Part shown: piece after piece, positions 40,871 through 51,873 of the stretch
Numbering within the stretch: the stretch's first letter is position 1
Layout of the letters: every line of letters starts with the position of its first letter
Source of the DNA: Hyphomicrobiales bacterium
GTDB lineage: Bacteria; Pseudomonadota; Alphaproteobacteria; MED-G09
DNA: 64,000 nt
NCBI GenBank assembly: GCA_028339975.1
Contig: JAOLDG010000002.1
Location: forward strand, 8,302-72,301
Reading direction: 5' to 3'
The notes under the pieces: model-generated
Told to the model about the DNA's origin: nothing
What the model saw: only the letters and a program-made list of their open reading frames with translations
The model's database searches: none
Position numbers and translations under genes: made by a program

Positions 40871-42505
40871 ATGAAAAATACATATTTTCTTCCCCTAGGG
40901 GGAACTGGTGAGATTGGAATGAATTTAAATCTATACGGTTATGGTGAGGGTGATAATGTAGAGTGGATAATGGTTGATTGTGGTGTTACTTTTTCTCAAT
41001 CCGGCCTTCCTGGTATAGACCTTCAGATGCCTGACCCAACATTTATTGCTTCACAAAAAGATAAATTAAAAGGTGTTATTTTAACTCACGCACATGAAGA
41101 TCATATAGGGGCTATGCCTTTTATTTGGCCTTATTTTAATTGTCCAATTTACACAACTCAATTTACCGCCTCGTTGTTAATAGAGAAATTTAAAGAATAT
41201 AATATAGATTATGAGGATAAGTTAAAAATCCTTAGTGAGGGCGATATAATAAAAATTTCATCTTTTGAAATTAAGGCTATTGGTTTAACTCATTCAATTC
41301 CTGAAATGAATGCTCTTTTAATTAAATCTCCCTCTGCAAATATCTTTCATACAGGTGACTGGAAGATAGATAATGATCCTTTGATTGGTGATGGTTTTAA
41401 TAACAAGGACCTTCTAAATTTTCATGATTTAAAAATAGATGCACTTGTCTGTGACTCTACAAATGCAATTGTTCCAGGAAGATCTGGTTCGGAATTAGAT
41501 GTAAAGAATTCACTTGAAAAAATTATTGGTGGAATAGATGGGAGGATATTTATAAGTACATTTGCCTCAAATGTTGCAAGGCTTTATTCTATCGCCCAAA
41601 GCGCGGCTAAGCATGATAGACATGTTGTTTTGTCTGGTCGAGGGATGCACAAAATTGTTAATGCAGCAAAATCTGTAGGAATTTTAAAGGGTCTTCCAGA
41701 ATTTGTCGATGAGGAAGATGCTGGTTATTTGCCAGCAGAAAAAACCCTTATTCTCTGTACTGGTAGTCAAGGTGAATTCAGAGCTGCTTTATCAAAAATT
41801 GCTCGTGATCAGCACCAACATATTGTTGCAGAAAGAGGTGATACAGTGATCTTTTCATCAAAGGTTATACCCGGTAATGAATCTGGTATCTTAAGCTTAC
41901 AAAATTTATTTGCTAAAAAAGGTATAAAAATTATTACAGGAAATGATGAATTTGTTCATGTTTCTGGACATCCTTGCCAGGATGAATTGTTAGAAATGTT
42001 TAACTTAATAAAACCAAATGCAATAATTCCAGTTCATGGAGAGTTTCGTCATTTAACTGCAAACGCTAATCTTGCAGAAGCTAATGGAATAAAAAAGTCA
42101 CTGGTCATTGAGAATGGAACTATTGTTAAAATTTCTGATAAAGATATCACTATTGATGGCGAGGTTGATAGTGGAAGGCTTTACAAGGATGGTAAAATTA
42201 TTGTTTATGACTATGAAACAGCCTCTAATGAAAGAAGTAAAATCTCTCAATCTGGACTTGTAGTCATTAGCATTGTTATGGTTAATAATAAAATAAAAGG
42301 AAAGCCAGTAATTAAAACCTTCGGATTACCTGAGTTTGATAAAGAGGGTATAAGTCTGGTTGATTGGGTTAGGCAGGCATTAAATAATGTCTTAGGATCT
42401 AAGAATAAAGCAGGTAATTTTGAGAGTAAGATTAGAAATTCTGTAGTTCGTCAGATTAGAAGTGTATGGGGGAAAAAACCAAAAGTAGAAATTATTTTTA
42501 ATTAA
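40871..42505 (+). CDS. rnj: Ribonuclease J (metallo-beta-lactamase/beta-CASP RNase)
   Basis: 544 aa with the HxHxDH motif (THAHEDHIGA), a beta-CASP domain and an RNase J C-terminal domain. Confidence 0.88.
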   Translation: MKNTYFLPLGGTGEIGMNLNLYGYGEGDNVEWIMVDCGVTFSQSGLPGIDLQMPDPTFIASQKDKLKGVILTHAHEDHIGAMPFIWPYFNCPIYTTQFTASLLIEKFKEYNIDYEDKLKILSEGDIIKISSFEIKAIGLTHSIPEMNALLIKSPSANIFHTGDWKIDNDPLIGDGFNNKDLLNFHDLKIDALVCDSTNAIVPGRSGSELDVKNSLEKIIGGIDGRIFISTFASNVARLYSIAQSAAKHDRHVVLSGRGMHKIVNAAKSVGILKGLPEFVDEEDAGYLPAEKTLILCTGSQGEFRAALSKIARDQHQHIVAERGDTVIFSSKVIPGNESGILSLQNLFAKKGIKIITGNDEFVHVSGHPCQDELLEMFNLIKPNAIIPVHGEFRHLTANANLAEANGIKKSLVIENGTIVKISDKDITIDGEVDSGRLYKDGKIIVYDYETASNERSKISQSGLVVISIVMVNNKIKGKPVIKTFGLPEFDKEGISLVDWVRQALNNVLGSKNKAGNFESKIRNSVVRQIRSVWGKKPKVEIIFN

Positions 42506-42530
42506 ATAGTTTATTTGTGGAGGAAGTAAA

Positions 42531-42950
42531 ATGATAGGACCTTTAAATCATATTGGCATAGCAGTACCTTCTATTGAGGATGCAACTAAAGTTTATAAAA
42601 ATTTATATGGTGTTCAAAGTATAACTGAGCCAGGAGAATTACCGGATCAAGGGGTACGTTTTTGTTTCGTAAATCTCCCTAATAGCCAAATTGAGCTAAT
42701 TGAACCATTAGGTGAAAACTCTCCTATCGATAATTTTTTACTTAAAAACCCTAAAGGGGGACAGCATCATGTTTGCTTTGAGGTAGAAAATGTTTATTCA
42801 GCAAAAAAAGAAATGGAAGAAAAGGGGGCAAAAATTTTAAATGAACCAAGAATAGGAGCGCACGGTACATTGGTTATTTTTGTTCATCCAAAAGAATCTA
42901 ACGGGGTTTTAATAGAGCTTATGGAGTCTCCAAAGCAACTAAGGATTTAA
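42531..42950 (+). CDS. mce: Methylmalonyl-CoA epimerase (VOC/glyoxalase family)
   Basis: 139 aa VOC fold with metal ligands (H..E..H..E pattern: LNHIGIAV, ELIEP, QHHVCFEVEN, LIELME). It sits in the conserved nuoN-birA-rnj-mce-proS neighbourhood. Confidence 0.75.
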   Translation: MIGPLNHIGIAVPSIEDATKVYKNLYGVQSITEPGELPDQGVRFCFVNLPNSQIELIEPLGENSPIDNFLLKNPKGGQHHVCFEVENVYSAKKEMEEKGAKILNEPRIGAHGTLVIFVHPKESNGVLIELMESPKQLRI

Positions 42951-43047
42951 TTAACTTATCGTAACTAGATATAGTTGTTTGTGAGCGTTAAAGAGTTTAT
43001 GGTTGAGTTGTTATAATTTAATATGAATTACATTTTAGGATTGAATA

Positions 43048-44383
43048 ATGCTCTGGTCTAATTACTTTATACCTACTCAAAAAGAAAATCCTTCCGATGC
43101 TAAAATTCCTTCACATCAATTAATGATTAGATCCGGAATGATTAAGCAGGAGAGTGCTGGAATATACTCTTGGTTGCCACTTGGTCTTAAGGTACTTAAA
43201 AATATAGAAAATATTATAAGAGAGGAGCAGGTAAGGGCGGGTGCAATTGAAATTTTAATGCCAACCCTTCAGTCCTCTGATCTATGGAATGAATCTGGTA
43301 GATATGATGGCTATGGCGAAGAAATGCTCAGGGTTACCGATAGGCATAGCAGAGTATTAATTTACGGCCCCACTAATGAAGAGCAGGTTACTGAAATATT
43401 TAGAAAATATATTAAGTCATATAAGAATTTACCTTTGAATTTATTTCATATTCAGTGGAAATTTAGAGATGAAATTCGACCTCGGTTTGGCGTAATGAGG
43501 GGAAGAGAGTTTCTTATGAAAGATTCATACTCCTTTGATCTTAATGAGGTTTCAGCAAAGGTATCGTATAATAAAATGTTTGTAGCATACCTAAAAACTT
43601 TTCAAAGACTTGGGTTGAAAGCAATCCCTGTTTCAGCAGAAAGCGGCCCTATTGGAGGAAATTTAAGTCATGAATTTTCTATAATTGCACCAACAGGTGA
43701 GTCAGAAATTTTTTGTGATAAAAATTTGTTGGATATCGATATTAATAAAAAAGACTATATCTCAGATGAAGAAATTTCAGAGGTTGTTGAGGAATACCTT
43801 AAATTTTATTCTGCAACAGACGAAAAGCACGACTCAGAGAAGTTTAACTCTATGGTAAAAAACGGAGAACCAAATATCTGGAAGAGGAATTGAAGTCGGT
43901 CATATTTTTTCTTTTGGTGAGAAGTATTCAAAACCTATGAAAGCTTCAATTGTTAATATGGATGGAAAGAATTCATATGTTTATATGGGTTCTTATGGTA
44001 TCGGTGTATCAAGATTAGTTGCAACTATAATAGAATGCTTTAACGATGAATCGGGAATTATTTGGCCAATATCTGTGGCTCCTTTCAAGGTAAATATTAT
44101 TAATCTAAAAAATAGCGATCAAGAATGTTATCAAAAATCATTGGAAATCCATGATTTGTTTGAAAAAAAGGGGATTGAGGTTATTTTCGATGATAGAAAT
44201 GAAAGTGCAGGTAAAAAATTTTCTGATAGTGATCTAATTGGCATACCCTTTCAGTTAATTATTGGTCCGAGAGAATTAAAAAATGGTAATGTTGAGCTTA
44301 AGACAAGAAAAACAAATGAAAAAGAAATCATTTCTTTCGATAGCGCAGTTGATAAAATAAAAAATAAAATACTTGAGGAATAA
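43048..44383 (+). CDS. proS: Prolyl-tRNA synthetase (alphaproteobacterial short type), interrupted by a 1-nt frameshift at an A6 run (43857-43862). The ORF track splits it into 43048..43893 and 43937..44383.
   Basis: The N-terminal ORF has class II motifs 1/2 ([25 protein letters not shown]). The downstream frame is open from 43859 and encodes motif 3 ([16 protein letters not shown]) plus the anticodon-binding domain. Removing one A from aaaaaa restores a continuous protein of about 444 aa. Confidence 0.85.
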
Positions 44384-45635
44384 TTTGAAGTTTTTTTTTC
44401 TAGAATGGTGGATTTCAAAACGTTATTTAAAGCCAAAAGGTAAAGAACGTTTTTTTTCGATTATAACGCTCCTTTCGTTTTTTGGAATTTCCTCTGGCGT
44501 TACAATTTTAATTATAGTCATGTCAGTTATGAATGGACTTAGATCCGAGCTTTTTGATAAAATTATAGGCTTAAATGGGCATATTTTAATTTACTCTAAA
44601 ACTGATCAAGGTATTAATAATTCATTTGAAATCTATAAAAAATTAAAAGAAATTCCAGAAGTTGAGAATATTATTCCAATTCTTGAGGCTCAGGTCTTAG
44701 TTATGGGAGAAGATCAATCATCAGGGGCTCTCTTGAGGGGGGTATCTCCTGAAACACTAAATTCTTTAAAAATAATATCATCAAATATTTTGTCTGGAAG
44801 CATTAAGGATATTAAGCAGGGTGAGGCAGTTATTGGATCAAGGTTAGCTTCGTCATTGGGGCTTTACACCGGTGATAATATTACTCTTCTTTCTCCAAGA
44901 GGAATTAATTCTCCTTTTGGAACAATACCAAGATCCTTATCATTTGATGTAAAGGCAATTTTTGAAATCGGGATGACCGAGTATGATGGAAGTGTTGTAT
45001 TTCTTAATATTAAAGATGCACGCCAAATCTTAAATTTAGGAAGTGTTTATGGTGTGATCGAGGTTATGCTCTCCGATGCCGCCACATCTCTCTTAATAAA
45101 GGATAAAATTGATATGAAATTAGAGGATTATAGCGTTTATTCTCGTGATTGGAGAGAGACGAATTCTAGCTTAGCTGAAGCCATGATGGTTGAAAAAAAT
45201 GTAATGCTTTTGGTGCTTTCTTTAATTTTAATAATTGCAGGAATTAATATTGCATCCGGTTTAGTAATGTTAATTAAGGACAAAGGAAGAGAAATTTCTA
45301 TCTTAAGAGCCATGGGAATGAATAAATTAAGTGCATCAAGAATATTTATTATCTCAGGTATCAAAATTGGATTTTTTGCAACCTTTTGGGGTATTTTTTT
45401 AGGTATTATAATTAGTCCTTATGTTGAGGAAATACGGTTATTATTTTCTTACATTTTTCAAGTAACTTTTTTTAATCCAGAGTTTTATTTTTTATCTAAA
45501 TTACCATCAGAATTAAAATTTTCTGATGTATTTTTAGTTGGCTCTATATCAATGGCTATGTCCTTTTTATCAACAATATATCCCTCCTATAGAGCTATTT
45601 CACAAGATCCTGTTGAGGCTCTAAGAAATGAATAA
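44373..45635 (+). CDS. lolC: Lipoprotein-releasing system permease LolC/LolE (FtsX family); TTG start
   Basis: 420 aa with four transmembrane segments and a periplasmic MacB-like domain. The N-terminus aligns with LolC (FFSIITLLSFFGISSGVTILIIVMSVMNG). It is followed by lolD. Confidence 0.85.
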   Translation: MRNNLKFFFLEWWISKRYLKPKGKERFFSIITLLSFFGISSGVTILIIVMSVMNGLRSELFDKIIGLNGHILIYSKTDQGINNSFEIYKKLKEIPEVENIIPILEAQVLVMGEDQSSGALLRGVSPETLNSLKIISSNILSGSIKDIKQGEAVIGSRLASSLGLYTGDNITLLSPRGINSPFGTIPRSLSFDVKAIFEIGMTEYDGSVVFLNIKDARQILNLGSVYGVIEVMLSDAATSLLIKDKIDMKLEDYSVYSRDWRETNSSLAEAMMVEKNVMLLVLSLILIIAGINIASGLVMLIKDKGREISILRAMGMNKLSASRIFIISGIKIGFFATFWGIFLGIIISPYVEEIRLLFSYIFQVTFFNPEFYFLSKLPSELKFSDVFLVGSISMAMSFLSTIYPSYRAISQDPVEALRNE

Positions 45636-46296
45636 TATTTTAGAATTAAGAAAAATTTCTAGAAAGTATTTTCTTAACAATAAGGCTCTAAGTATTTTTG
45701 AAAATATTAATCTTTCTGTAAAAAAGAAAGAGAAGATTGCCCTAGTAGGTCCATCTGGATGTGGTAAAACATCCTTACTTCACATAGCCGGTCTTTTAGA
45801 AGCACCTTCATCTGGCGCAGTATTTGTTAAGGGTGAAGAAATTAAATGGAACTCAGATAGAATTTTATCAAATTATCGACTTAATGATATTGGTTTTATT
45901 TTTCAGTTTAATAATTTGTTAGATGATTTTAATGCTTTAGAGAATACAGCCTTGCCATATATCATATCAGGGAATAGTAAAAAAATTGCTTTTGAGAAAG
46001 CTGAGTTACTTTTAAAGCAAGTTGGGCTTGAGGATAGAATAAAAAGCTTCCCTAACCAACTGTCCGGAGGCGAGCAGCAAAGAGTAGCCATTGCTAGGTC
46101 TCTGATTAATGAGCCCTCAATTATTTTAGCAGATGAACCAACGGGAAACCTTGATCTTAGCTCCAGCATGAATGTAATTGAAGTATTTGATAGGTTAGTA
46201 GATGAGTATGACTGCAGTATAATTTTAGCAACACATGATTTGAATATAGCTAGCCTCCAAGATAGAGTCATTTCTATTGAGGAGCTAAGTAATTAA
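45628..46296 (+). CDS. lolD: Lipoprotein-releasing system ATP-binding protein LolD
   Basis: 222 aa ABC ATPase with Walker A (GPSGCGKTS), signature ([13 protein letters not shown]) and Walker B ([11 protein letters not shown]). Confidence 0.88.
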   Translation: MNNILELRKISRKYFLNNKALSIFENINLSVKKKEKIALVGPSGCGKTSLLHIAGLLEAPSSGAVFVKGEEIKWNSDRILSNYRLNDIGFIFQFNNLLDDFNALENTALPYIISGNSKKIAFEKAELLLKQVGLEDRIKSFPNQLSGGEQQRVAIARSLINEPSIILADEPTGNLDLSSSMNVIEVFDRLVDEYDCSIILATHDLNIASLQDRVISIEELSN

Positions 46297-49200
46297 GTGC
46301 AACCCTTCCTAAATGAAAACATAAACAATTCTTTTAATTTTATACCACTTAGAGTCACGAGTCCTTATTCATTGTTACAAGGTGCTATAACAATGAAGAA
46401 AATTTCTCAAAATTGTACTCAAAATAATATACCTGCTGTTGCTATAGTTGATAATAATAATTTATTTGGAGCGTTAGAATTTTGTGAACATATGTCAAGT
46501 GATGGAATACAGCCAATTATTGGATGTAATTTAGCTGTTATTGATGGCAAGTATAAGGGTTTTTTACCTTTACTATGCTCGACTAGAGAGGGTTATAAAA
46601 ACTTAATTAAATTATCTTCTGAGGTCTATATTAATGACCATGGTGAGGAGCAAGTTAGTCTCGATAGGGTTTTAGAGTTGAATGATGGTTTAATTTGTTT
46701 GTCAGGAGGTGACGGAGGAATAATCAATAATCTTTTCGTTGACAGTCAAAAGAAAGAAGCTAATGAAATAATTAAAAAAATTAAATCAAAATTTCTCGAT
46801 CGGTTTTATATTGAGCTTCAGCGAACTGGTCTAACCAATATTGAATCGGACTTGCTTGAAAGTGCGTATAGTTATGAGATACCTTTGGTAGCAACAAATC
46901 CCTCTTATTTTAATACCAAGGAAGAGTATACAGCCCACGATGCCTTGTTGTGCATTAATCAATCTACAACTGTTGATGCTTCTGATAGATTTCGTTTAAC
47001 CCCAGAATTTTATTTTAAGACACCAGCTCAAATGATTGAACTTTTTTCTGATATTCCAGAGGCAGTTGAAAATACAGTTGAGATAGCAATGAGGTGTTCT
47101 TATAAGGTTGCGACCTCGGAGCCAAAGCTTCCTAGGTTTAGTGGGCTAGATTTAAATGGAGAGGCATCAGAATTTAAAAAACAAGCAGAGATTGGATTAG
47201 AGGAAAGATTAAGAATTAATCCAGTTCAAGATTCTGAAAAATACCGGGAAAGACTCAAATCTGAAATTGATATTATTACTAAAATGGAATTCCCGGGATA
47301 CTTCTTAATAGTTGCAGATTTTATAAAATGGTCAAAAAATAATAATATTCCTGTTGGTCCTGGTCGAGGCTCTGGGGCAGGATCATTAGTCGCCTGGGCT
47401 TTAACTATTACTGACTTAGATCCGATAAGATTTAATCTAATCTTTGAAAGATTTTTAAATCCAGAAAGAATTTCTTTACCTGATTTTGATATTGATTTTT
47501 GTCAAGAAAGACGAGATGAGGTAATCAATTATGTCCAAGAAAAGTATGGCAAAGATAAGGTTGCTCAGATTATTACATTTGGAACTTTACAATCTAGAGC
47601 AGTATTGAGAGATGTTGGTAGAGTTTTAGGTCTGCCTTATGGTCAGGTTGATAGAATTTGCAAACTCATTCCAAATAATCCTGCAAATCCAACAACCCTT
47701 GGGGAGGCGATAAAGGGCGATGCGAGAATAAGGGATGAGAGTGATGAGGATCCCGATATAGAGAAAATGCTAAATATTGGTTTAAGTCTTGAGGGTCTCT
47801 ATAGAAACGCATCTACACATGCCGCTGGCCTGGTAATAGGTGATAATAGCCTTCAGGACTTTATTCCCTTATACAGAGATCCAAGATCATCTATGCCGGT
47901 TACTCAATTTAAAATGAAATGGGCAGAAGCATCAGGGTTAGTTAAATTTGATTTCTTAGGATTAAAAACCCTAACCGTCATTGACAAAACAATTCAGCTA
48001 ATTAAAGAAAAGACTAACCAAGAAATTGATATACTTCAAATTCCCTTAGATGATGAAAAAACTTTTAAACTGCTGAGTACAGGAAATGCTATTGGAATTT
48101 TTCAGCTTGAAAGTTCAGGTATGAGAGACGTTTTAAGAAATCTTGAGCCTGATTGCTTTGAGGATATTATTGCTTTAGTAGCTCTTTACCGACCTGGTCC
48201 AATGGAAAATATCCCAAAGTATATAGCATGTAAAAAAGGTGAAGAAAAACCTGACTATATGGATCCTCTTTTAGAAGATGTCTTGAAAGAAACTAATGGA
48301 GTAATTATCTATCAAGAACAGGTTATGCAAATAGCCCAAATACTTGCCAATTATAGCTTAGGAGAGGCTGATATCCTAAGAAGAGCTATGGGTAAAAAGA
48401 TTAAATCAGAAATGGATGATCAAAAAGAACGCTTTGTTAATGGCGCATTAAATAACGGAATTAAAAGAGATAAAGCTAACTATATATTTGATTTAGTCGC
48501 TAAATTTGCAGGATATGGATTTAATAAATCTCATGCAGCTGCATACGCTCTTATTGCCTATCAAACAGCCTATCTTAAAACATATTTTCCTGAATACTTT
48601 TTGACAGCTTTAATGACGATGGATATTGAGAATACTGATAAATTAAGTATTTTTGCAAATGAATGTAAAAGAATGGATATTAAAATTTTACCTCCAAGTG
48701 TTAATTATTCTTTGATGAGATTTGATGTTCAGGATGGGGCTATTCGTTATGGCCTAGGGGCAATCAAAAATGCTAGTCAGCAATCTATGGTAAAGATTAA
48801 TGATGAGGTTTTAGAAAATGGGAATTTTAAAACTTTACATGATTTTGCTCAACGACTTGATCACAGCATTTTAACAAAAAAGAATCTTGAAAATTTATCT
48901 TATGCTGGAGCTTTCGATGAAATCGAACCAAACAGGAACGTTGTTTACTCTTCTGTTGATATTTTATCAAATATATCAACCTCTTCAGAAAAAGCTAAAT
49001 CCGATAATCAGGAAAATTTCTTTGGCGAGGAATTTAAAAGTTTTGATCATATATCTCTTCCGTCTGTTCCAATTTGGACAAATGAAATTAAACTTCAAAA
49101 AGAATTTTCTGCTATAGGTTTTTACTTAACAGGCCACCCTCTGGAAGATTATGAAGATTTAATCGAAAGACAAAATATCACTTCTTACTCAAGCGCAATA

Positions 49201-49695
49201 GGTGGAGATGACTATAAGTATAAAATTGCTGGAACAATTTCATATATAATGGAGAGAAGATCCAAGGGGGGTAAAAGATTTGCTTTTGTTGGCTTAACCG
49301 ACAGTAATGGACCCTTTGAAATTACAATTTTTTCTAATTTATTGTCTAGAGTTCGAGATCAAATAGTTCCTGGCATTTCTGTGATTATTGATGTGGAAAT
49401 CCAAAGAGAAAAAAATAACAATAGATTACTTACAAACTCAATTACTCCAATTAATGAGTTTTCTTCACAAACGCTTAGAAATATGAAAATTTATATTGAT
49501 GATCCTGAATCGCTGAAGACAATAAAAAGTAGATTAAATCAATCAGGAAAATCACAGGTCTCAATTTGTTTTCTTTCTATTTTAAATGAAGCCCATAGAG
49601 TAGAAATATCTTTAGGAAGTAAATTTTATATTGATCCCTCAATTATAAATACAATAAAAGATATTGATGGTGTTTCAAAGATAGAAGAAATTTAA
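46297..49695 (+). CDS. dnaE: DNA polymerase III alpha subunit (GTG start)
   Basis: 1132 aa with an N-terminal PHP domain, a Pol III alpha catalytic core (motifs around [10 protein letters not shown] and PDFDIDF) and a C-terminal OB fold. Confidence 0.93.
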   Translation: MQPFLNENINNSFNFIPLRVTSPYSLLQGAITMKKISQNCTQNNIPAVAIVDNNNLFGALEFCEHMSSDGIQPIIGCNLAVIDGKYKGFLPLLCSTREGYKNLIKLSSEVYINDHGEEQVSLDRVLELNDGLICLSGGDGGIINNLFVDSQKKEANEIIKKIKSKFLDRFYIELQRTGLTNIESDLLESAYSYEIPLVATNPSYFNTKEEYTAHDALLCINQSTTVDASDRFRLTPEFYFKTPAQMIELFSDIPEAVENTVEIAMRCSYKVATSEPKLPRFSGLDLNGEASEFKKQAEIGLEERLRINPVQDSEKYRERLKSEIDIITKMEFPGYFLIVADFIKWSKNNNIPVGPGRGSGAGSLVAWALTITDLDPIRFNLIFERFLNPERISLPDFDIDFCQERRDEVINYVQEKYGKDKVAQIITFGTLQSRAVLRDVGRVLGLPYGQVDRICKLIPNNPANPTTLGEAIKGDARIRDESDEDPDIEKMLNIGLSLEGLYRNASTHAAGLVIGDNSLQDFIPLYRDPRSSMPVTQFKMKWAEASGLVKFDFLGLKTLTVIDKTIQLIKEKTNQEIDILQIPLDDEKTFKLLSTGNAIGIFQLESSGMRDVLRNLEPDCFEDIIALVALYRPGPMENIPKYIACKKGEEKPDYMDPLLEDVLKETNGVIIYQEQVMQIAQILANYSLGEADILRRAMGKKIKSEMDDQKERFVNGALNNGIKRDKANYIFDLVAKFAGYGFNKSHAAAYALIAYQTAYLKTYFPEYFLTALMTMDIENTDKLSIFANECKRMDIKILPPSVNYSLMRFDVQDGAIRYGLGAIKNASQQSMVKINDEVLENGNFKTLHDFAQRLDHSILTKKNLENLSYAGAFDEIEPNRNVVYSSVDILSNISTSSEKAKSDNQENFFGEEFKSFDHISLPSVPIWTNEIKLQKEFSAIGFYLTGHPLEDYEDLIERQNITSYSSAIGGDDYKYKIAGTISYIMERRSKGGKRFAFVGLTDSNGPFEITIFSNLLSRVRDQIVPGISVIIDVEIQREKNNNRLLTNSITPINEFSSQTLRNMKIYIDDPESLKTIKSRLNQSGKSQVSICFLSILNEAHRVEISLGSKFYIDPSIINTIKDIDGVSKIEEI

Positions 49696-49816
49696 GTTTT
49701 CTGTTGCAGTTAAGCCTAATAATGCTTATATCGTCTTCATCACACACACGAACATTGCTAACCGGTCCTTAATTGGATTTAGTTCGTGGAGGTTTAACCG
49801 GAAAAAGGAGGTAAAC

Positions 49817-50803
49817 ATGGCGTTACCAGAATACTCAATGAATGATCTTTTAGAGTCAGGGGCTCACTTTGGTCACCAAAAACATAGGTGGAATCCCAAG
49901 ATGGAATCCTATATTTTTGGCATAAAAAATAATATTCATATACTTGATCTTTCTCAAACAATTCCACTACTTCATTATGCCTTGGCTGCTGTAAGAGATG
50001 TTACCAAATCTGGTGGACGTATTTTGTTTGTTGGAACAAAAAGGCAAGGCCAAGAAATAATTGCAAATGCAGCAAATGATTGTGCTCAATATTATATGAA
50101 TCATAGATGGTATGGTGGAACGTTAACTAATTGGAAAACTATTTCAAAAACTATTGCTAGATTAAGATCTATCGAAGAATCTCTGGAGAGCGAAGAGTCT
50201 TCTGGTCTCACAAAAAAAGAGTTACTAAAATTAAACCGTGAAAAAGATAAATTAGATACATCTATAGGCGGAATAAAAGATATGGGAGGATTACCAGATT
50301 TAATATTTGTTCTTGATACAGTTAAAGAGCAAATAGCAATTCAAGAAGCGACCAAATTAAATATACCAATAGCTGCAGTTATAGATTCAAATAGTAATCC
50401 AGAAGGTATAACTTATCCAATACCTGGAAATGATGACTCTACTAAAGCTATTTCTCTTTTTTGTAATTTGATTTCTAAAGCCGCTCTAGATGGTATTGCT
50501 CAGTCTCAAAGTGAAACTGCAGATGGTCCAGTTATAGAAAAAGTTAAAAAGGATAAACCTGCCGAAGCTGCTACAAAAGCAGAAGAATCTAAGCCAGCAG
50601 AAGATGTTGCTCCAAAAGCAGAAGAATCTAAGCCAGTAGAAGATGGTGCTCCAAAAGCAGAAGAATCTAAGCCAGTAGAAGATGTTGCTCCAAAAGCAGA
50701 AGAATCTAAGCCAGTAGAAGATGTTGCTCCAAAAGCAGAAGAATCTAAGCCAGCAGAAGAACCTTCAATAGAGGCAGAGGAAGATTCTAAGAAAGAAGAT
50801 TAG
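49817..50803 (+). CDS. rpsB: 30S ribosomal protein S2 with a C-terminal acidic tandem-repeat extension
   Basis: The N-terminal 250 aa or so are canonical S2 ([22 protein letters not shown]). The C-terminal 75 aa or so consist of 13-aa repeats ([13 protein letters not shown], five copies). These are encoded by near-identical 39-nt tandem DNA repeats at about 50574-50765. Confidence 0.92.
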   Translation: MALPEYSMNDLLESGAHFGHQKHRWNPKMESYIFGIKNNIHILDLSQTIPLLHYALAAVRDVTKSGGRILFVGTKRQGQEIIANAANDCAQYYMNHRWYGGTLTNWKTISKTIARLRSIEESLESEESSGLTKKELLKLNREKDKLDTSIGGIKDMGGLPDLIFVLDTVKEQIAIQEATKLNIPIAAVIDSNSNPEGITYPIPGNDDSTKAISLFCNLISKAALDGIAQSQSETADGPVIEKVKKDKPAEAATKAEESKPAEDVAPKAEESKPVEDGAPKAEESKPVEDVAPKAEESKPVEDVAPKAEESKPAEEPSIEAEEDSKKED

Positions 50804-50867
50804 ATTGAGTTTGAAAAAATTAAGATATAATTTTTTTAATTAATTTGAAATCAGAGGTAATCATAAA

Positions 50868-51785
50868 ATGTCAAATATTTCCGCATCACTAGTAAAAGAG
50901 CTTAGAGATAAAACAGGGGCAGGTATGATGGACTGTAAAAATGCTCTTAATGAAAATAATGGCGAAATGGAAGCCTCAATTGATTGGTTGAGAACAAAAG
51001 GTTTAGCAAAGGCTGCAAAAAAATCTGGAAGAATAGCCTCAGAGGGTTTGATTGCAATTTCTTCATCGGACGAGTTTAGTTCTATTATTGAGGTTAACTC
51101 TGAAACTGATTTTGTTGCAAGAAATGATACTTTTCAAAATGTTGCCAAGACAATAGGTGCGCTGAGTTTAAAATCCTCAGATTTAGATAATTTAAAATCT
51201 CAAAATGTTGATGAGAAAAATATTAATGTTGATGATTATGTTACCGAAATGATTTCTTCTATTGGAGAAAATATTAATCTAAGAAGGATGATGAGATTTG
51301 AATCCTCCAACAGTTATGTATCTTCATATATTCACGGTCAGGTTAGCGAAGGTTTGGGGAAGATAGGCGTTATGGTAAATCTAAAATCAGATTGCGAAAA
51401 AGAAAGCGTCATTGACTTGGGAAAAAAGATAGCAATGCATATTGCTGCAACTAATCCTTTATCAATATCAATAGATGGTATTCCTTCAGATACCCTGGAT
51501 AGAGAACGTAAAATTTTAGTTGAAGAGGCTAGAGAGTCAGGGAAGCCAGAAGAGATTATAGAAAAAATGATTGGTGGTAGGTTGAAGAAATTTTACCAAG
51601 AGAGCGTTCTGTTGGAGCAAACATTTGTAATCGATGGTGAGAGTAAGGTTTCTGATGTATTGAATTCTTTAGAAAGCCCTGTTGATATTATTGATTTTGT
51701 TAGATTTGAGCTTGGTGAAGGCATTGAAAAAGCTTCCGGTGAAGATTTTGCAAGTGAAGTTGATTCTATGGTTTCGGGAAACTAA
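50868..51785 (+). CDS. tsf: Elongation factor Ts
   Basis: 305 aa with an N-terminal UBA-like motif (LVKELRDKTGAGMMDCKNAL) and EF-Ts dimerization domains. It follows rpsB, forming the conserved rpsB-tsf pair. Confidence 0.93.
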   Translation: MSNISASLVKELRDKTGAGMMDCKNALNENNGEMEASIDWLRTKGLAKAAKKSGRIASEGLIAISSSDEFSSIIEVNSETDFVARNDTFQNVAKTIGALSLKSSDLDNLKSQNVDEKNINVDDYVTEMISSIGENINLRRMMRFESSNSYVSSYIHGQVSEGLGKIGVMVNLKSDCEKESVIDLGKKIAMHIAATNPLSISIDGIPSDTLDRERKILVEEARESGKPEEIIEKMIGGRLKKFYQESVLLEQTFVIDGESKVSDVLNSLESPVDIIDFVRFELGEGIEKASGEDFASEVDSMVSGN

Positions 51786-51873
51786 TCCTAATTAGATAAA
51801 TTTATATTTTTTTCTAATAGAATTTTAAATTTTCATTTAGTAACATGTATTTCGTTTAATAATCGGAGTCAGC

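Noticed and set aside
43855-43865. Programmed -1 ribosomal frameshift at the A AAA AAC heptamer in proS
   Set aside because: The downstream frame needed to complete ProRS is +1 (or -2) relative to the upstream frame, not -1. The -1 frame hits a stop codon shortly downstream, so classical -1 slippage cannot rescue the gene.
46297-46420. DnaE PHP domain lacking the canonical HxH metal ligands (PLRVTS instead of HLHVHS)
   Set aside because: A degenerate PHP domain is common in DnaE from many proteobacteria, including E. coli. It is not unusual enough to report as a finding.
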